Assembly (NCBI GenBank): GCA_964016885.1 | Contig: OZ024746.1 | Span: forward strand, 80,910,001-80,974,000 | DNA: 64,000 nucleotides | From: Eledone cirrhosa | Lineage: Eukaryota | Direction of reading: 5' to 3' | Shown: piece after piece, positions 28,328 to 41,127 of the stretch | Numbering within the stretch: position 1 is the stretch's first letter | Layout: each line of letters starts with the position of its first letter | The notes under the pieces: generated by a model | What the model saw: only the letters and a program-made list of their open reading frames with translations | Databases searched by the model: none | Told to the model about the DNA's origin: nothing | Made by a program: the position numbers and the translations under genes

Positions 28328-28796
28328 TTGGTGCTCTGAAATAGCATATAGTGTATTTGGTAATACACTGTATGCTTAATTAAAAGCATTTTGAAGACCT
28401 CACGCTATTGTTTTAAAGTAGTGACTATGTCACTTCTTTTTTCATTTTTTCAACAAACAAAGGAAGATAAGCTGACAGATCTCTGTTCCATACTGTTGGT
28501 ATTCCTCAGAGCTTAGCACTCCCCTTGTCTGTTGAAAATTATGAATGTTGGATTCTTATAGAATTCCAGTAATAATCAGGGACTGATTATACAGAGCGGT
28601 TGCCGGTCCAGCAAAAATTGAAAATTAGAATTGGTGCTCTGAAATAGTGATGTATATATGAATGTATATATAGTGTATTTGGTAATACACTGTATGCTTA
28701 ATTAAAAGCATTTTTAAACAATACTTTAAAACAATAGCGTATGGTCTTCAAAATACTTTTAATTAAGCATACAGTGTATTACTAAGTACACTATAT
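28321..28796. repeat. Composite direct plus inverted repeat next to (TA)n
   Basis: 28321-28392 recurs directly at 28624-28714 (with a TA-rich insert); 28347-28420 recurs inverted at 28722-28796. Confidence 0.75.
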
Positions 28797-29772
28797 TGAA
28801 CATTAAAATAAACAACAAAAAACATTTTATACTGAGTATAAAATGTCACCTGACAAATGATAATTGTCTGTCTTCATTGTTCATTTCTCATCTACATGAT
28901 TTATACATCTATATTACTTCATCTTATTTATTATTGTTATATTTTTCCAGACCATTTCACAGAGGTTGATTGTCTATTTACTCTCAAAGCTAGATATTTT
29001 TTATTTTGTTTAATTTTCAATCAAATTATTTTTCTTATATTATTGATAATGAAGTAATTAGTTGCTGTGCTAGTTATCTTACTTGCTGTCATTTTATACA
29101 TGTAGCATATGGTCTTGTTATTTAATATTGTTTATATTAGGAGGTGATTTCTCTGGTTATTTAATTAGTAGACATCATCTTCATTGGTATGTTTATTTTC
29201 CTTTTATGGAGTGGGAGGAGCATCTGTTTCTTATTTAGTCATTTCAGCTATGGCTGTATGGTTAAAGGGTTTGGTTTGCGACCATATGATTTTCAGTTCA
29301 GGTTCCCCGCATGGTTCCCTGTGCCAGTGTCTTCTATAGCCTCAGGTCTCTTTATTCTGAATCACACAGTGTTGGTGTTATTGCTAATTAAGTAGTGATA
29401 GAACAATTATATTTAAATATACACACATATACACCAGGTCTGAACACAAAAGAACCAAACTCCCACTGTCACTGCCTCTGCTCCTCCTGTTCTCCCCCAT
29501 CTCTCAACATAGTGAGAAAATGGAGGCTCATGCATTGGCCGCTCTGCAGTTCTGGCAGACAGAATAGTAAAGGCGTTTCCCCGGAGGATGGTGAGAGTGA
29601 CACCCTGCAAGAGCAATTCCAGCTCACGGGGCTCACACCTGTGGGTAGCCAACTCTGTATCGATGGTGGTGAGCAAGGTTTCCAACTTGCTCCCTTCTTT
29701 CCAACAGTCTCAGAAACACTAAAAAAATATAGAATCATAGACATTGCCCTTCCCTCTGTGAATAAGCATTAA

Positions 29773-29993
29773 CCCTTTGGCATTTACATTCCTCTATATT
29801 TACTATTATATTTTCATGGTAAAGGCTTTACCTCACATAATTATCTCACAAAATATCGAATTTATGATATTTTAATATTATTCATTTTGAGAACAATACC
29901 TTAACATCAGTATGAGCGGCCAGTTACAGTCAGTTGGAAGAGAAACAGGTGAGAGAATTCTGGCCGGATATGGCTGGTTTAAATGCTAAAGGG
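29773..29993 (-). mobile_element. piggyBac-like MITE family A
   Basis: TTAA TSDs, CCCTTT/AAAGGG ends, body is the reverse complement of the 21540 copy. Confidence 0.88.
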
Positions 29994-30121
29994 TTAAAGA
30001 AAGAGAAAAACCTTGAGTATGCAGTGAGGAATAATTTAGCATCAACTTGGTATATAAATACACACATACAAGTTATTCCATAAACAACAAATGCTGCCTT
30101 ACTGATAGAATACTGTGCACT

Positions 30122-30152
<31 letters not shown>

Positions 30153-30231
30153 TATCCCTTCTCATTCAAATTTTGCTTTTCTACTTCTAGGTGCAGTTGT
30201 ATTTCAAACCCAATTGTTCTTATAAAGCCTA

Positions 30232-30570
30232 ATCATCATCATTCATTTTACGTCCGCTTTTCCCTGCTTGCAAGGGTGAGGTGGGAACTGATTCTGGCTT
30301 GATTTCTACAGCTGGATGCCCTTCCTAACACCAACCTCATTTACAGTGAGTGCTGGGTGCTTTTTTGCCGTGGCACCTCCACGACCACTTTGCAGTGGAA
30401 TGATAGGGACCCCAGTCCCTATCATCTCATTTCTACAGCTAAGAAAACTGGAGCAATGTGAAATAAAGTGTCTTGCTCAAGGAAACAACACATCACCTGG
30501 TCTGAGAATTGAACTCACAACCTTTCGATTGCAAGGCCAATGCTCTAACCACTAAGCCATGTGCCTCCAT
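30232..30570 (-). mobile_element. Full-length tRNA/CORE-type SINE with RTE-derived 3' tail
   Basis: Head TGGCTTAGTGG..GAGTTCAATTC, CORE-like CCTTGAGCAAGACACTTTATTTCAC, and 3' ~150 nt matching the LINE UTR at ~62390-62625. Confidence 0.88.
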
Positions 30571-30944
30571 GAAATACAAATAACAATAACAGCAAATGTT
30601 TGATGTCATCCTCACCAAAGATAATTAGTTTTGTTATCAAATAGGTTGTTGCTAGAAAATCCGTACAGGAAACATAATCTAGCCAAAAGCAAATGGAATT
30701 ACTAAAATATAAAATAGACCTGTACTCAATTGAATAGTGATGTTTTCTTTTCATCATAGAGTTATGGAGAAGGAGATGTTTGGTCATTTCATTACTTATA
30801 AATAGTATTTGACTTGGGGACAAAACACACATATATTACAAAGTGATATTGAAATATGAGCTTTTTCTCATTACTTGCTATGCATCATCAGTATTGTTGT
30901 TCATTGTATATTCTCTGGTTATTTATTATTATCGTCAGCATGAT

Positions 30945-30955
30945 TGTCATCGTCG

Positions 30956-30996
<41 letters not shown>

Positions 30997-31048
30997 GTTG
31001 GTATTATCATCATTGTCATCATCATCATCATCATCATTGTTGGTGTTG

Positions 31049-31088
<40 letters not shown>

Positions 31089-31195
31089 TGTTGGTATTAT
31101 CATCATTGTCATCATCATCATCATCATCATCCTCATCATCATCATTGTTGGTGTTGTCATCATCATCATCCTCATCATCATCATTGTTGGTGTTG

Positions 31196-31226
<31 letters not shown>

Positions 31227-31285
31227 TGTTGGTGTTATCATCATCATCATCATCATCATCATCATTGTTGGTATTATCATCATTG

Positions 31286-31328
<43 letters not shown>

Positions 31329-31443
31329 TGTTGGTATTATCATCATTGTCATCATCATCATCATCATCATCATTGTTGGTGTTGTCATCATCATTATCAT
31401 CATCATCATCATCATTGGTGTTGTCATCATCATCATCATCACC
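30945..31443. repeat. (CAT)n microsatellite with periodic TGTTGGTRTTRT interruptions
   Basis: Direct inspection; about a dozen interruption units. Confidence 0.95.
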
Positions 31444-31999
31444 ATATTTTTCCATGCTGGCATGGGCTGGATGGTTTGTCACAATCTAAGTTAGTTGTTA
31501 TTCATAGTTACTGTCCACGTAGACTGGTCAGATTGCCATTTATATAAATTCCAGTTTTGATAAGGCTTCCATGGCTGGGTGCCCTTCCTAACACCCACTA
31601 CTCTACAGAATGAACGGTGTACGTTTTATCATGACACCAGCATTAGAGATGTTGCTTTGTTCCCAGCATGACTATATTTTATTTATTTATTTATATATTC
31701 CCACTTTAGAATTTGTTTTATAATTCTTTCGTGAATAACATCATGAAGAAGTAGACAACCTTCTAGCTGCTGTTTGCTAAAGGTGTAAAAGTAGAGAGAT
31801 TTCTATTGTCCTAGATTATAAGATGTTACTCATTGTAAAAATTTAATTATGTTGTGGTAGGATGCACACAGTAACTGTATAAGTTATGGCTGTGTAGCTC
31901 TCATCAATACTGCCAATCCACCACCCAGATGTAAAAGAATAATGATGATAATGTGTGTATGTGCACATGTGTGTGTGTGTGTGTGTGTGTTTGATTGAC

Positions 32000-32155
32000 A
32001 ACTGCAGTTTCCATCTACCAAATACCACTCATAACCCATGGTTAACCAAAAGCTATAATAGAAGACACATATTCAAGGTGCCACACACTAGACTGAACCT
32101 GAAATGATATGGTTATGAAACAAACTCCTCAATTCCACAGTAATGCTTGCACCTG
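32000..32155 (-). mobile_element. Old tRNA-derived SINE, further family (related ~29245-29345, 39085-39230, 51285-51355, 59880-59965)
   Basis: Shared CAGTTTCCATCTACCAAAT..TAGAAGACAC..CAAGGTGCC..GACTGAACC pattern. Confidence 0.55.
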
Positions 32156-32288
32156 TATTAGTATTATTTCGAAGAAAGTATTCCCACAATTATTTCCTTA
32201 TGAGGATGGTCTGTCGCAAACTATCACAAAAATGAAAAAATAAAATAAAATAAAGTAAAATACAAATTGTTATAAACCAATGTAATCA

Positions 32289-32508
32289 TGTGGCAAATTG
32301 GCAGAATCGGTAGAGAGTCGGACAACATGCTTAGCAGCATAGAGTTATGGCTCTTTACGTTCTGAGTTCAAATCCAGTCGAGATTAGCTTTGCCTTTCAT
32401 CCTTATGGATCGATAAAATAAAGCACCAGTAATGTACTGGGGTCAATTTAATCAACTTTTCCCACTTCCCAAATTGCTGGCCTTGTGCCTATAGTAGAAA
32501 TCATTATT
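32289..32508 (+). mobile_element. Deu/Nin-type SINE, long variant
   Basis: A box TGGCAGAATCGG, B box GAGTTCAAATCC, core and 3' end present. Confidence 0.88.
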
Positions 32509-33218
32509 AGAAATTATTATATGCATAAAAAAATGTAGAATTTTCATGAGGCTTTGGGCTTGAAGCTTGGATTGAGAAGCAAAATGTATTAGTTATTGAA
32601 CAAGAAGCCTATCATTTCTGTTCCCTTAGGACTATGTGAATATTTGATTTTTACAGCACTCAGATTATTACTCATTTAGTTTGCTTGCATCATTTACACT
32701 CAAAATATCAGCTGCAGTTTAAGTATTTGTACAATAGTTCCGTTGGCAGAGCGAAACAGGTAAAGCAGACATATAATATTGATTGCTTTGATAAATTGAC
32801 ATAATTATACTTCCAATCAGTAGCCATTCTCACTGTGAGAAAATAACAATTGATCTTTGATCTCTGTTGAAATAGGATTGGCAAAATTGAAAATAGTTAC
32901 CCCCTACAATAGAAAAAATATTAATTATTTACTTTGAATAGAATGGGGGAGGAAAAATAATTTAGTAGACGAAAACCAGATTTGTTTATCCTAGTGTATG
33001 TGTTAATTGAATGGGTGTGAGTATATATACATATATATATATATATATGTATGTATATATATATGGATTTATCTCTGTACTACCTTTCACCATTCTGGAT
33101 ATTGAAAAAATCACATTAGAGCTTCAAATATCTGAATGCCTTATAATGTTGTATCATCAACTTATATAATTTACCTTATATATCTTCATCATCATCAACA
33201 TCATCATATATATATATA

Positions 33219-33433
33219 GTGGTAGATCACTTGGAGGTTTTATCCATCATAGTATCCATGGGACGAGTTTGGTAGAAGTTAGTTCCTCAACAGTTAATAA
33301 ACCATTTCCGAGGACATCTGTTTCACCTTGCAGATCTTTAACTTCAGTTGAAGATCAACGTTTTGAAACACGTATCCTCGAAAATGGTTTATTAACTGTT
33401 AGGAAATCTTTTGCATCACTGAAATTTTCTGAA

Positions 33434-33436
<3 letters not shown>
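33219..33436 (-). mobile_element. (TA)n-embedded fold-back element, second family
   Basis: Imperfect inverted repeat 33283-33405 (AACAGTTAATAAACCATTT arms); minus strand has GAAACAGATGTC. Confidence 0.5.
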
Positions 33437-33487
<51 letters not shown>

Positions 33488-33494
33488 TACATAT

Positions 33495-33692
33495 ATAGGA
33501 AAATGTTTGACCCTGACGGCAGAGCTCAAGCCGTTTCGACGGCTATTTCTGGACTCCAGAAATAGCCGTCGAAACGGCTTGAGCTCTGTTGTCGGGGTCA
33601 AACATTTTCCTATTACCCACTCTACTACCCTAAGTAATGAGTACTTTGGTGCGTTATGGTCCATCTGGATCCTTACCACACCTCCTTCGTTA
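33495..33692 (+). mobile_element. (TA)n-embedded fold-back element, same family as 8848-9105
   Basis: 119 nt palindrome 33495-33613 centred on 33554 (3 mismatches, all G.U compatible); contains GAAACGGC-TTGAGCTCT-GCCGTC-AGGG on the minus strand of the left arm. Confidence 0.6.
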
Positions 33693-33707
33693 TATATATA
33701 TATATAT

Positions 33708-33995
33708 ATCATCATCATCATCATCATCATCATTTCATTTTATGTCCGCTTTTTCCCTGCTTGCAAGGGTGGGACGGGAAGATTTTGGCTTGATTTCTAC
33801 AGCTGGATGCCCTTCCTAACACCAACCTCATTTACAGTGAGTGCTGGGTGATTTTTGCCGTGGCACCTCCACGACCACTTTGCAGTGGAATGATATGGAC
33901 CCCAGTCCCTATCATCTCATTTCTACAGCTGAGTAAACTGGAGCAATGTGAAATAAAGTGTCTTGCTCAAGGAAACAACACATCACCCGGTCTGA
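33708..33995 (-). mobile_element. Same CORE/RTE-tail SINE lacking the tRNA head, between (TA)n tracts
   Basis: Near-identical to 30232-30505; begins at TCAGACCGGG. Confidence 0.88.
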
Positions 33996-36900
33996 AAAAA
34001 AAATATATATATATATATATACATGTATACATATATACATACATGCATACATGTATGTATACATATATACATACATTTATGCATTCAATGTCCATTTTCC
34101 CTGCTAGCAAGGGTTTGACAGGTGCATTTTATCATGACACCAGCACTAGGGAGGTTGTCATATCCTTGACACAACTGAATAATCTTCTCACCCTTTTTTG
34201 ACATGGTTTCAACAGTTGGGTGCGTTTCTAATCAACAACCACATACAAGATGTACTGTGTGCATTTGTTGTGACCGCAGCACTAGAGAGGTTGTCATATC
34301 ATGACTGAAGGATCTACTCTACTCTATAGGGGGCGATATGATGAAGTTGAGCAAATAGAATAGGGTAGGATGGAAAGATGATAGATGTGTTATGGGTAAG
34401 TGACAATAGGTGCAAGGGGTGATGTTAAGTATATTGTCATGGGTGTATGACAGGTATGATGGGGTTCAAAGGAGAGAATGATGTGGGGAAAAAGAGGGTG
34501 AGAAAGTATGTCATGGGCTTATGACATTTGGCAAGGTGGTGAGAGGGGGTGGGGGTGATATGGATAGTGTGGGCAGTACCATCATGAATGTAGCAGTTAC
34601 TAAGGAATTATGACTGATGTGTGAGGATTTAAAATGAGGTGGGGTGATCTTGGCTAGGGTGGGAGAAATGATCTCAAATAGAATTGGAGAGTAGTGTGTT
34701 GATGCAAACAGCTACTAAGAAGTTATGGCTGGTGTGTTAAGATTTAGATGTGATAAGTGTGGGGGTGAAGGTAGCATTCATGAAAATAGTTACTAGGTAA
34801 CAGTGTGGATCAGGTCATATTTTTAAGCTAGTCTCTTGCTGGTATGTTTGAAAATACATCTTTTGAGTGGACCTATCGTTTATATTCTTAAACATGCATG
34901 GGGTATTACCAATAGAAACCAGTTGTATTTCATTCATTTGAAAATTGCCATCCTTTCCAAACATACTTCCATTTGCTTTAAATCATTAGTTTATTCATAG
35001 ACAAACATGTGTCATGCTGATAGTTTGTTTAGTTCATGCTTAACATGAACAACTGAAAATATCTTTGGTCCAATCAGTAATACTAATCAGCTCAAAGTTT
35101 TAATGATGTGATTTATTGTGCTAACAAAAAGTTTTTGTTGTGATATAAATATATATATATATATATGTATCACCATCATTTGACGTCCATTTTTCCTTGA
35201 TGGCATGTATTAAATGGGTCATCACACCATGGAAAAATGGTGGTTAATTGATAATGATTATGATAGTATGATTATGATATGGGGAAAGGAAGGCTCTTCA
35301 GTCAAGTTAATGACCAGACAACTTCTCAAGAGCTGATACCATAATAAAATGCACTCTGCATACTATGTAACAGGGTTGGCATTAAGAAAGGCATCCAGCT
35401 TTAGAAACTATGCCAAAACTGGTATATATATGTAAGCCAGATACAATACCGACATTGCCACATTGGCTTGTCTAGGAGCATTTCATCATGCCTTTTGCAA
35501 TATATATATTCAACATAGGAAGTATAAAGTGTTGGTAAACTGGAAATATTCTGATTATGTCTGCATGAAATTAATGAATGGCTAGTAGCATAGTTGTAAT
35601 GTATTTACACCTTATCTAGGGTATGTGCATTCAATTCCCAACTGGCTCTCACTATTTTCCTTCTCTTAATACATGTTTGTTGATATACTACACATTACTT
35701 GATATTTATGGAATGTTCAAGTGAAGTATGGATTCCACAAGTAATGCTGGCTACACATCTAGAAGGGCAGTAACTCCGAATTATAGTTTTGATACAAATT
35801 TGAGGAGACTTTTTAGTCCTGATATGTGGGATAACTCTCTCTAGTCTATTATATAAAATTACTTACTTTTAGTTACAAAATGCCTATAGTCTGACACACA
35901 CACACGTATACATACACACACAAACATATATATACACACACACACACATATCTATCTCTAACTTAATTTTAATTATATTCTTTTTACACAACTACTTAAT
36001 TTGAAACAGAACAGGTTTTACTCAACAATGTTTACAACACATGTTTCCAGTTACTTTAGCCTCCCACTCAGGTAAATTAAAGTAGATATTAGAAAAGTGT
36101 AAGACAGCAATGTCTGTAGAATCTTACAGCAATTAAAGAAATCTGAGTAGATAGAAATAGGATAAAGAAGCATTTAACCTTAATTCCTGATTTTTATTAT
36201 TATGATACTAATGATGATGATGATGATGATAATGATCATCATCATCATTCTTCTTATTATTGAATTTTACCAAACTGTAGTTTATTTTTTAACAGAAAAA
36301 ATATGGTCATGTGGTTTGAATTCAATTTATTGTGAAGGAAATATTTTAAGTTATTTTCCTGCCTTCAAAACCATTTGAATTATTGCCAAAAAATAATACA
36401 TAGACTGGTAAAACAAATTACTTGTTATTAGTTCTTTTTATTTCTCCAGATGATACACACACACACACACAGCAAATTGGCAGAGCCATGAGAGCATCAG
36501 AGAAAATGCTTTATGCTATGTGTTTCTGCACTCTGAGCTCAAATCCTGCCAAGGTTAACTTTGCCTTTTATCCTTTCTGGGTCAATATATAAAGTACCAA
36601 TTTAAAACTGAGACCATTTATTTTCCCCTCTCCCTCTCTCTCCTGACTTCAACAAGGATGAGCTTCACCAAATTCAAAATTTTTCCTATGAGTTCATCAA
36701 GAGTTGAGGACTCAAGTCATAATATAGATGTGAATGAATTGCTTCAAAGCATTACTCCAACGTCTTCAAGGGAGTATTGTTTATAAAGTAAGGGAAAACA
36801 ATGGAAAATTTGTTATTTCCAATAGATGTCATAATCTAAAATACATTACTTTTCAACTGATATATCTTTTTGTTGGGGAACAAATATTGTACTGTATTAT

Positions 36901-38416
36901 GGTTAGATTTAGGAGAAAATGAGAAATCAGCCTCATCTACAACAACATAATTTCTTCAAATGTATTTTTATTCCAAGAAGTTATTTCTAAAAATATAGTT
37001 GATCCTCACCTGACATACTTAAGAGATGATTCCATGAGAAAATATTTGAAAATTTATCTGTCTATATAGTAAAGCAGAATGTGAAATAGAAGAGGAAAAA
37101 TATATAATGGTGCCAATTTTCGTTTTTTTTTAAAGAGATATTTTTAGGGTACTTTAAACATCGTTGCTAAAGTGTTGTTGTTTAGTGCTTCCAGAACCAT
37201 AATATCATTTACATGTTCCTAAAGATTAACTACTGGTTCTAGAGAAATTCTATGATTATACTATTATTAAGTTGTAGCTTAGTGACTAGAGAGATGGATT
37301 CTTACTTGTGAAGTTATGAGTTCAATTCTCAGACCAGGTAATGCATTGTGTCCTTAAGAAGACACTATATTTTACTTTGCTCCAGTTCATTCAGCTATAG
37401 AAATTAGTTGCAATGTCACTGGTGCTAAGTTGTGTCAGCCTTTACTTTTCCCTTGGACGACATCAGTGGCTTGGAGAAGGGAGACCGGTATGCATGGATG
37501 ACTGCTAGTCTTCCACAAAAACACCTTTCCTCATAATTTTATGTAAGAAAGTTTCTCCTAAGCACCAACTTAATAATGAGAAAATAAGTAATATTACTAA
37601 GTGTCTTCAAATTCTTACTTATTTATTTTCAAAAAGAATAAAAATCATAGGTGGTGTCTTTCATTAGTAATATGGTAAGAAAAGCATTAAATTAGACTAC
37701 AGTGTTCCTAGCATAATCTTCATTGATACCAACCTGGCCAAAATCAGCTCTGGTTCCATGAAACAAGATCCTTTTTAATTTTAAAAATTCTTTCAACATA
37801 ATTTTCTATAAGTACCATATATTAAGTTAGTAAGTAATTAAAAAGTAATTTAAAAATTAATAATTTTAGTGAATGTTTCAAATTTTTTCAATAAATAATT
37901 GAAATAGAGTGTATTTCATTAGAAATACAGTCATGAAAGGGTTAGGATCTGCAAAAATGCTTTTAGGAAAAGTATCAGTCACAATTTAGCTCATTAGAAA
38001 TACTCTGTAAGAATCATGTCTTTTGTAAAGTTGATGGACAGACAGACACACAGTCAAACAGTGGAGTTACTATAAGAATATAAATGATTGACACAGAAAA
38101 GGAGAAAAGACACTAGCTATTGTTATGTTTAGTTTACTCAACAATTAATAACATTCCTTTCCATTCACATACCATTTCTCTGTTCTCATTAACACAAGAC
38201 ATATTTACAATTCAAATTTTGTATTTTGTTATTTTTATACTCTTTTACTTTGTTCAATTATTGAACTATGGCTATACATAAGCACAGCCCTTAGGCAGTT
38301 TTGTTGATCATATCAACCCCAGTGCTAATTTCAGTCTGGTACTAATTTTATTGTTCTGTATTTATCAAATGGCTATGTTACTTATTAATTTTTAATATAT
38401 AAAGCTGCAAACTGAT

Positions 38417-38500
38417 ACACTAGCATAGACACATACACATGTGCACACTAGCATAGACACATACACATGTGCACACTAGCATAGACACATACACGTGTGC
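38417..38500. repeat. 28 bp minisatellite, 3 copies
   Basis: Unit ACACTAGCATAGACACATACACATGTGC. Confidence 0.9.
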
Positions 38501-38534
38501 ATCATCATTCATCATCATTATCGTTTTAACATCC

Positions 38535-38648
38535 TAGTTACGTCCCTTTACGATCTGAGTTCAAATCCCGCCGAGGTTGACTTTGCCTTTCATCCTTACG
38601 GGGTCGATAAAATAATTGCTGGCCTTGTGCCTAAAAGTAGAAACAATT
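38535..38648 (+). mobile_element. Truncated, internally deleted Deu/Nin-type SINE inserted into an RTE tail
   Basis: TSD ATTATCGTTTTAACATCC on both sides; the host continues ACTTTTCCCTGCTAGCAAGGG. Confidence 0.85.
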
Positions 38649-39697
38649 ATCGTTTTAACATCCACTTTCCCTGCTAGCAAGGGTTGGACAGGTCCACATA
38701 GACCAAGTCAGTACTGAAATGGAGCCACTGATCTCTCAGGCAGGCCAGGGACCTGTGCACTTATGTTGTACAGTCTCATGTTCCATCAAGTGCTTATATA
38801 ATATATATACACACACACAGTTATATGGACATGATTTCATGTTTTGATTCAGCATGTAAGCATGAAAATAATTCACATATTTCTTAATATGTGGGATTAG
38901 TAATATACTAAAACAATTACCAGTTTCATGTTTAATTATCAATAAACTGATGATTAGATGTGACACGATGCATGTTCAAGTTAGTGGATAATCTGTGATT
39001 TTACCAATAATGTCTATGGAACTGACAGTTTTTTGTGTATTACTACTAATACCATGTAATATACATACTCACACATGCACCAGGTTTCAACTCAGTTTTT
39101 GTCAAGTAAATTCCATTTCCTGGGTTTTGGTCAGCCTGAGGATATAGTAAAATGCATTTGCTTAAAGTGCAAACCCCAAACCATGTGTTTTCAAAGGAAA
39201 CAACTTAACCACCCAGCCATGCCTGTACCTTTCATAAGATAGATATGTAATATTATATAGAAAATTTACATAGGTCATAAAATCAAGATTGATTGGCTGA
39301 GATGATTAACACCTTTTCACAAAGTATTTTCATATTCTAGCAGAAATATCCTCCAGCACTTTCAGTAATATGAAAAATCTGATGGGAATTACAGGATGTA
39401 ACTAATATTCAAGAATGTGTCATAAATGAAATTAATAACAATTTTAGGTGATGTAACTCTGTTAATAATGAAAGCGAAACTAAGATACCATGAAGAATAT
39501 ACATCACTAATACATTTCCTAAAAGCATTAGTAATGTAAATGGATATGAAATTAATAATCCTGTTATTCTTTAAGTCTCTTGTTGCAATACTTTATCCAA
39601 GGAATATAGAAATTCTATGTGCATAATTCTTCTAGTTTGGTGTTTCATAAAATGAAAGTCCGATAGTATGTGAAGGTGTATGACTTAATGGTTAGAG

Positions 39698-39844
39698 CAG
39701 ACATAGGCAATCTTTTTTTAAGCAGTGGGATACATAAGATTTGGCTCATCATGAGGTGAGCCTTAATACTAAAAAAATTCAAGGTAATTTTTCATTAGGT
39801 GCGGCATTCAGAAAGCCGAACAAGCCGCAATTTGCCATTGACTG
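39698..39844. mobile_element. hAT (Charlie-like) MITE inserted into a SINE head
   Basis: TIRs CAGACATAGGCAA / TTGCCATTGACTG; 8 bp TSD GGTTAGAG / CGTTAGGG; interrupts the SINE just after its A box. Confidence 0.65.
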
Positions 39845-40669
39845 CGTTAGGGTGTTTGATTTTCAATCATAAATTTGGTGGCACAATGTGCCTTTGAGCA
39901 AGACATTATATTTCCCATATCTCTAGTCCACTCAGCTGGAAAATATGATTTGTACATGGTATTAAAGGACCAGCCTTGCCACACACTCTGTCATGCTGAA
40001 TCTCCGAGAATTATGTTAAAAATACATGTGTTTGTTGAATGTTCAACTACTTGCATGTTAGTCTGATATCCAATTGCAGCAAATCCAATGCCTTATCTCT
40101 TTATGTGTTATCATTTGATATGGTATGATAACACTGGAAGTATTACACACACTGAACTTCAAATTTAATTCAAATTATAACTGTATATAATCAATGCTGG
40201 ATTAACCTAGAAGCAAGACCAGCATTTGCTATGGGTCCCACATTTTCAGAGGTCCTGTATTAAGAGATTTATATTATAGTACCATACTGCTTTTATGTCA
40301 CATTTTTAAAAATTTAGGACCGCTTTAGGGCATACATTGTTGCAGGCTCTTCCTTCAAGCGTATTTTATATATAAATAATTTTCATGAGCCAAAATGGGA
40401 TATAACTTTAATATAACAGTAGATATAATTTATATAACATTAATATAACATTAAATATAGATTTAATACCAACATCCACATGTTACATACCATATTAATT
40501 TAATAAGAAATTTAATTAAAGAGGTTGTCAAGCCCTCAGAAAAACTAAAGAGTCACCTCAACTCTACATTGGTCAGCTTTTAAAAAAACATTAGGAAGCT
40601 AAATTTTCAGGCTTCTTTAATTAAAACTGACAACTCTGTTGTTTTTTTTTGTTGTTTTTATGTTGTTAT

Positions 40670-40825
40670 TTTAGTCAGGGTAAAGAAAGGCAGCACTGCT
40701 GACTCTTTTCTGGGCCTCCATAACTGGTAAGATTGGAAAACTGGCTCAAATACTTGCAACAGAGTAGACTCTGCTAAAAATGTATTCAAGAGCCAGGTGG
40801 TATTGTTAAAATGGATGGTGGATTT
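40670..40825 (+). repeat. Dispersed repeat shared with ~49205-49385
   Basis: TTTTAGTCAGGG..AAAG ... TTGCAACAGAGTRGACT ... TGTTAAA collinear in both copies. Confidence 0.5.
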
Positions 40826-40919
40826 GTCCATCACAGAAATTTAGATAAAGATTAGAAGATATGTTCATTGGAAGCTTATCATTTTTAGTAGTTATAACAC
40901 TAAAAATAAACCACTTTAA

Positions 40920-41127
40920 CCCTTAAGAATTTAAACCGGCTGTATCCAGCCAGAATTCTCTCACTTCTTTTTATTCAAACTGGCTGTAACTGGCTGCTCA
41001 TACTTATGTTAAGGTATTGTTCTCAAAATAAATAATATCACAATCTCGTAGATTCGATATTATTTGAAGTAAAGCCTTTACTGTGAAAATACAATAGTAA
41101 ATATAGAGTAATGGAAATGCTAAAGGG
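40920..41127 (+). mobile_element. piggyBac-like MITE family A
   Basis: TTAA TSDs, TIRs and the same body. Confidence 0.88.

Noticed and set aside
30843-31547. 234 aa His/Cys-rich ORF and overlapping poly-Ile/Ser/Met/Asp ORFs
   Set aside because: Translations of a (CAT)n microsatellite, open in most frames.
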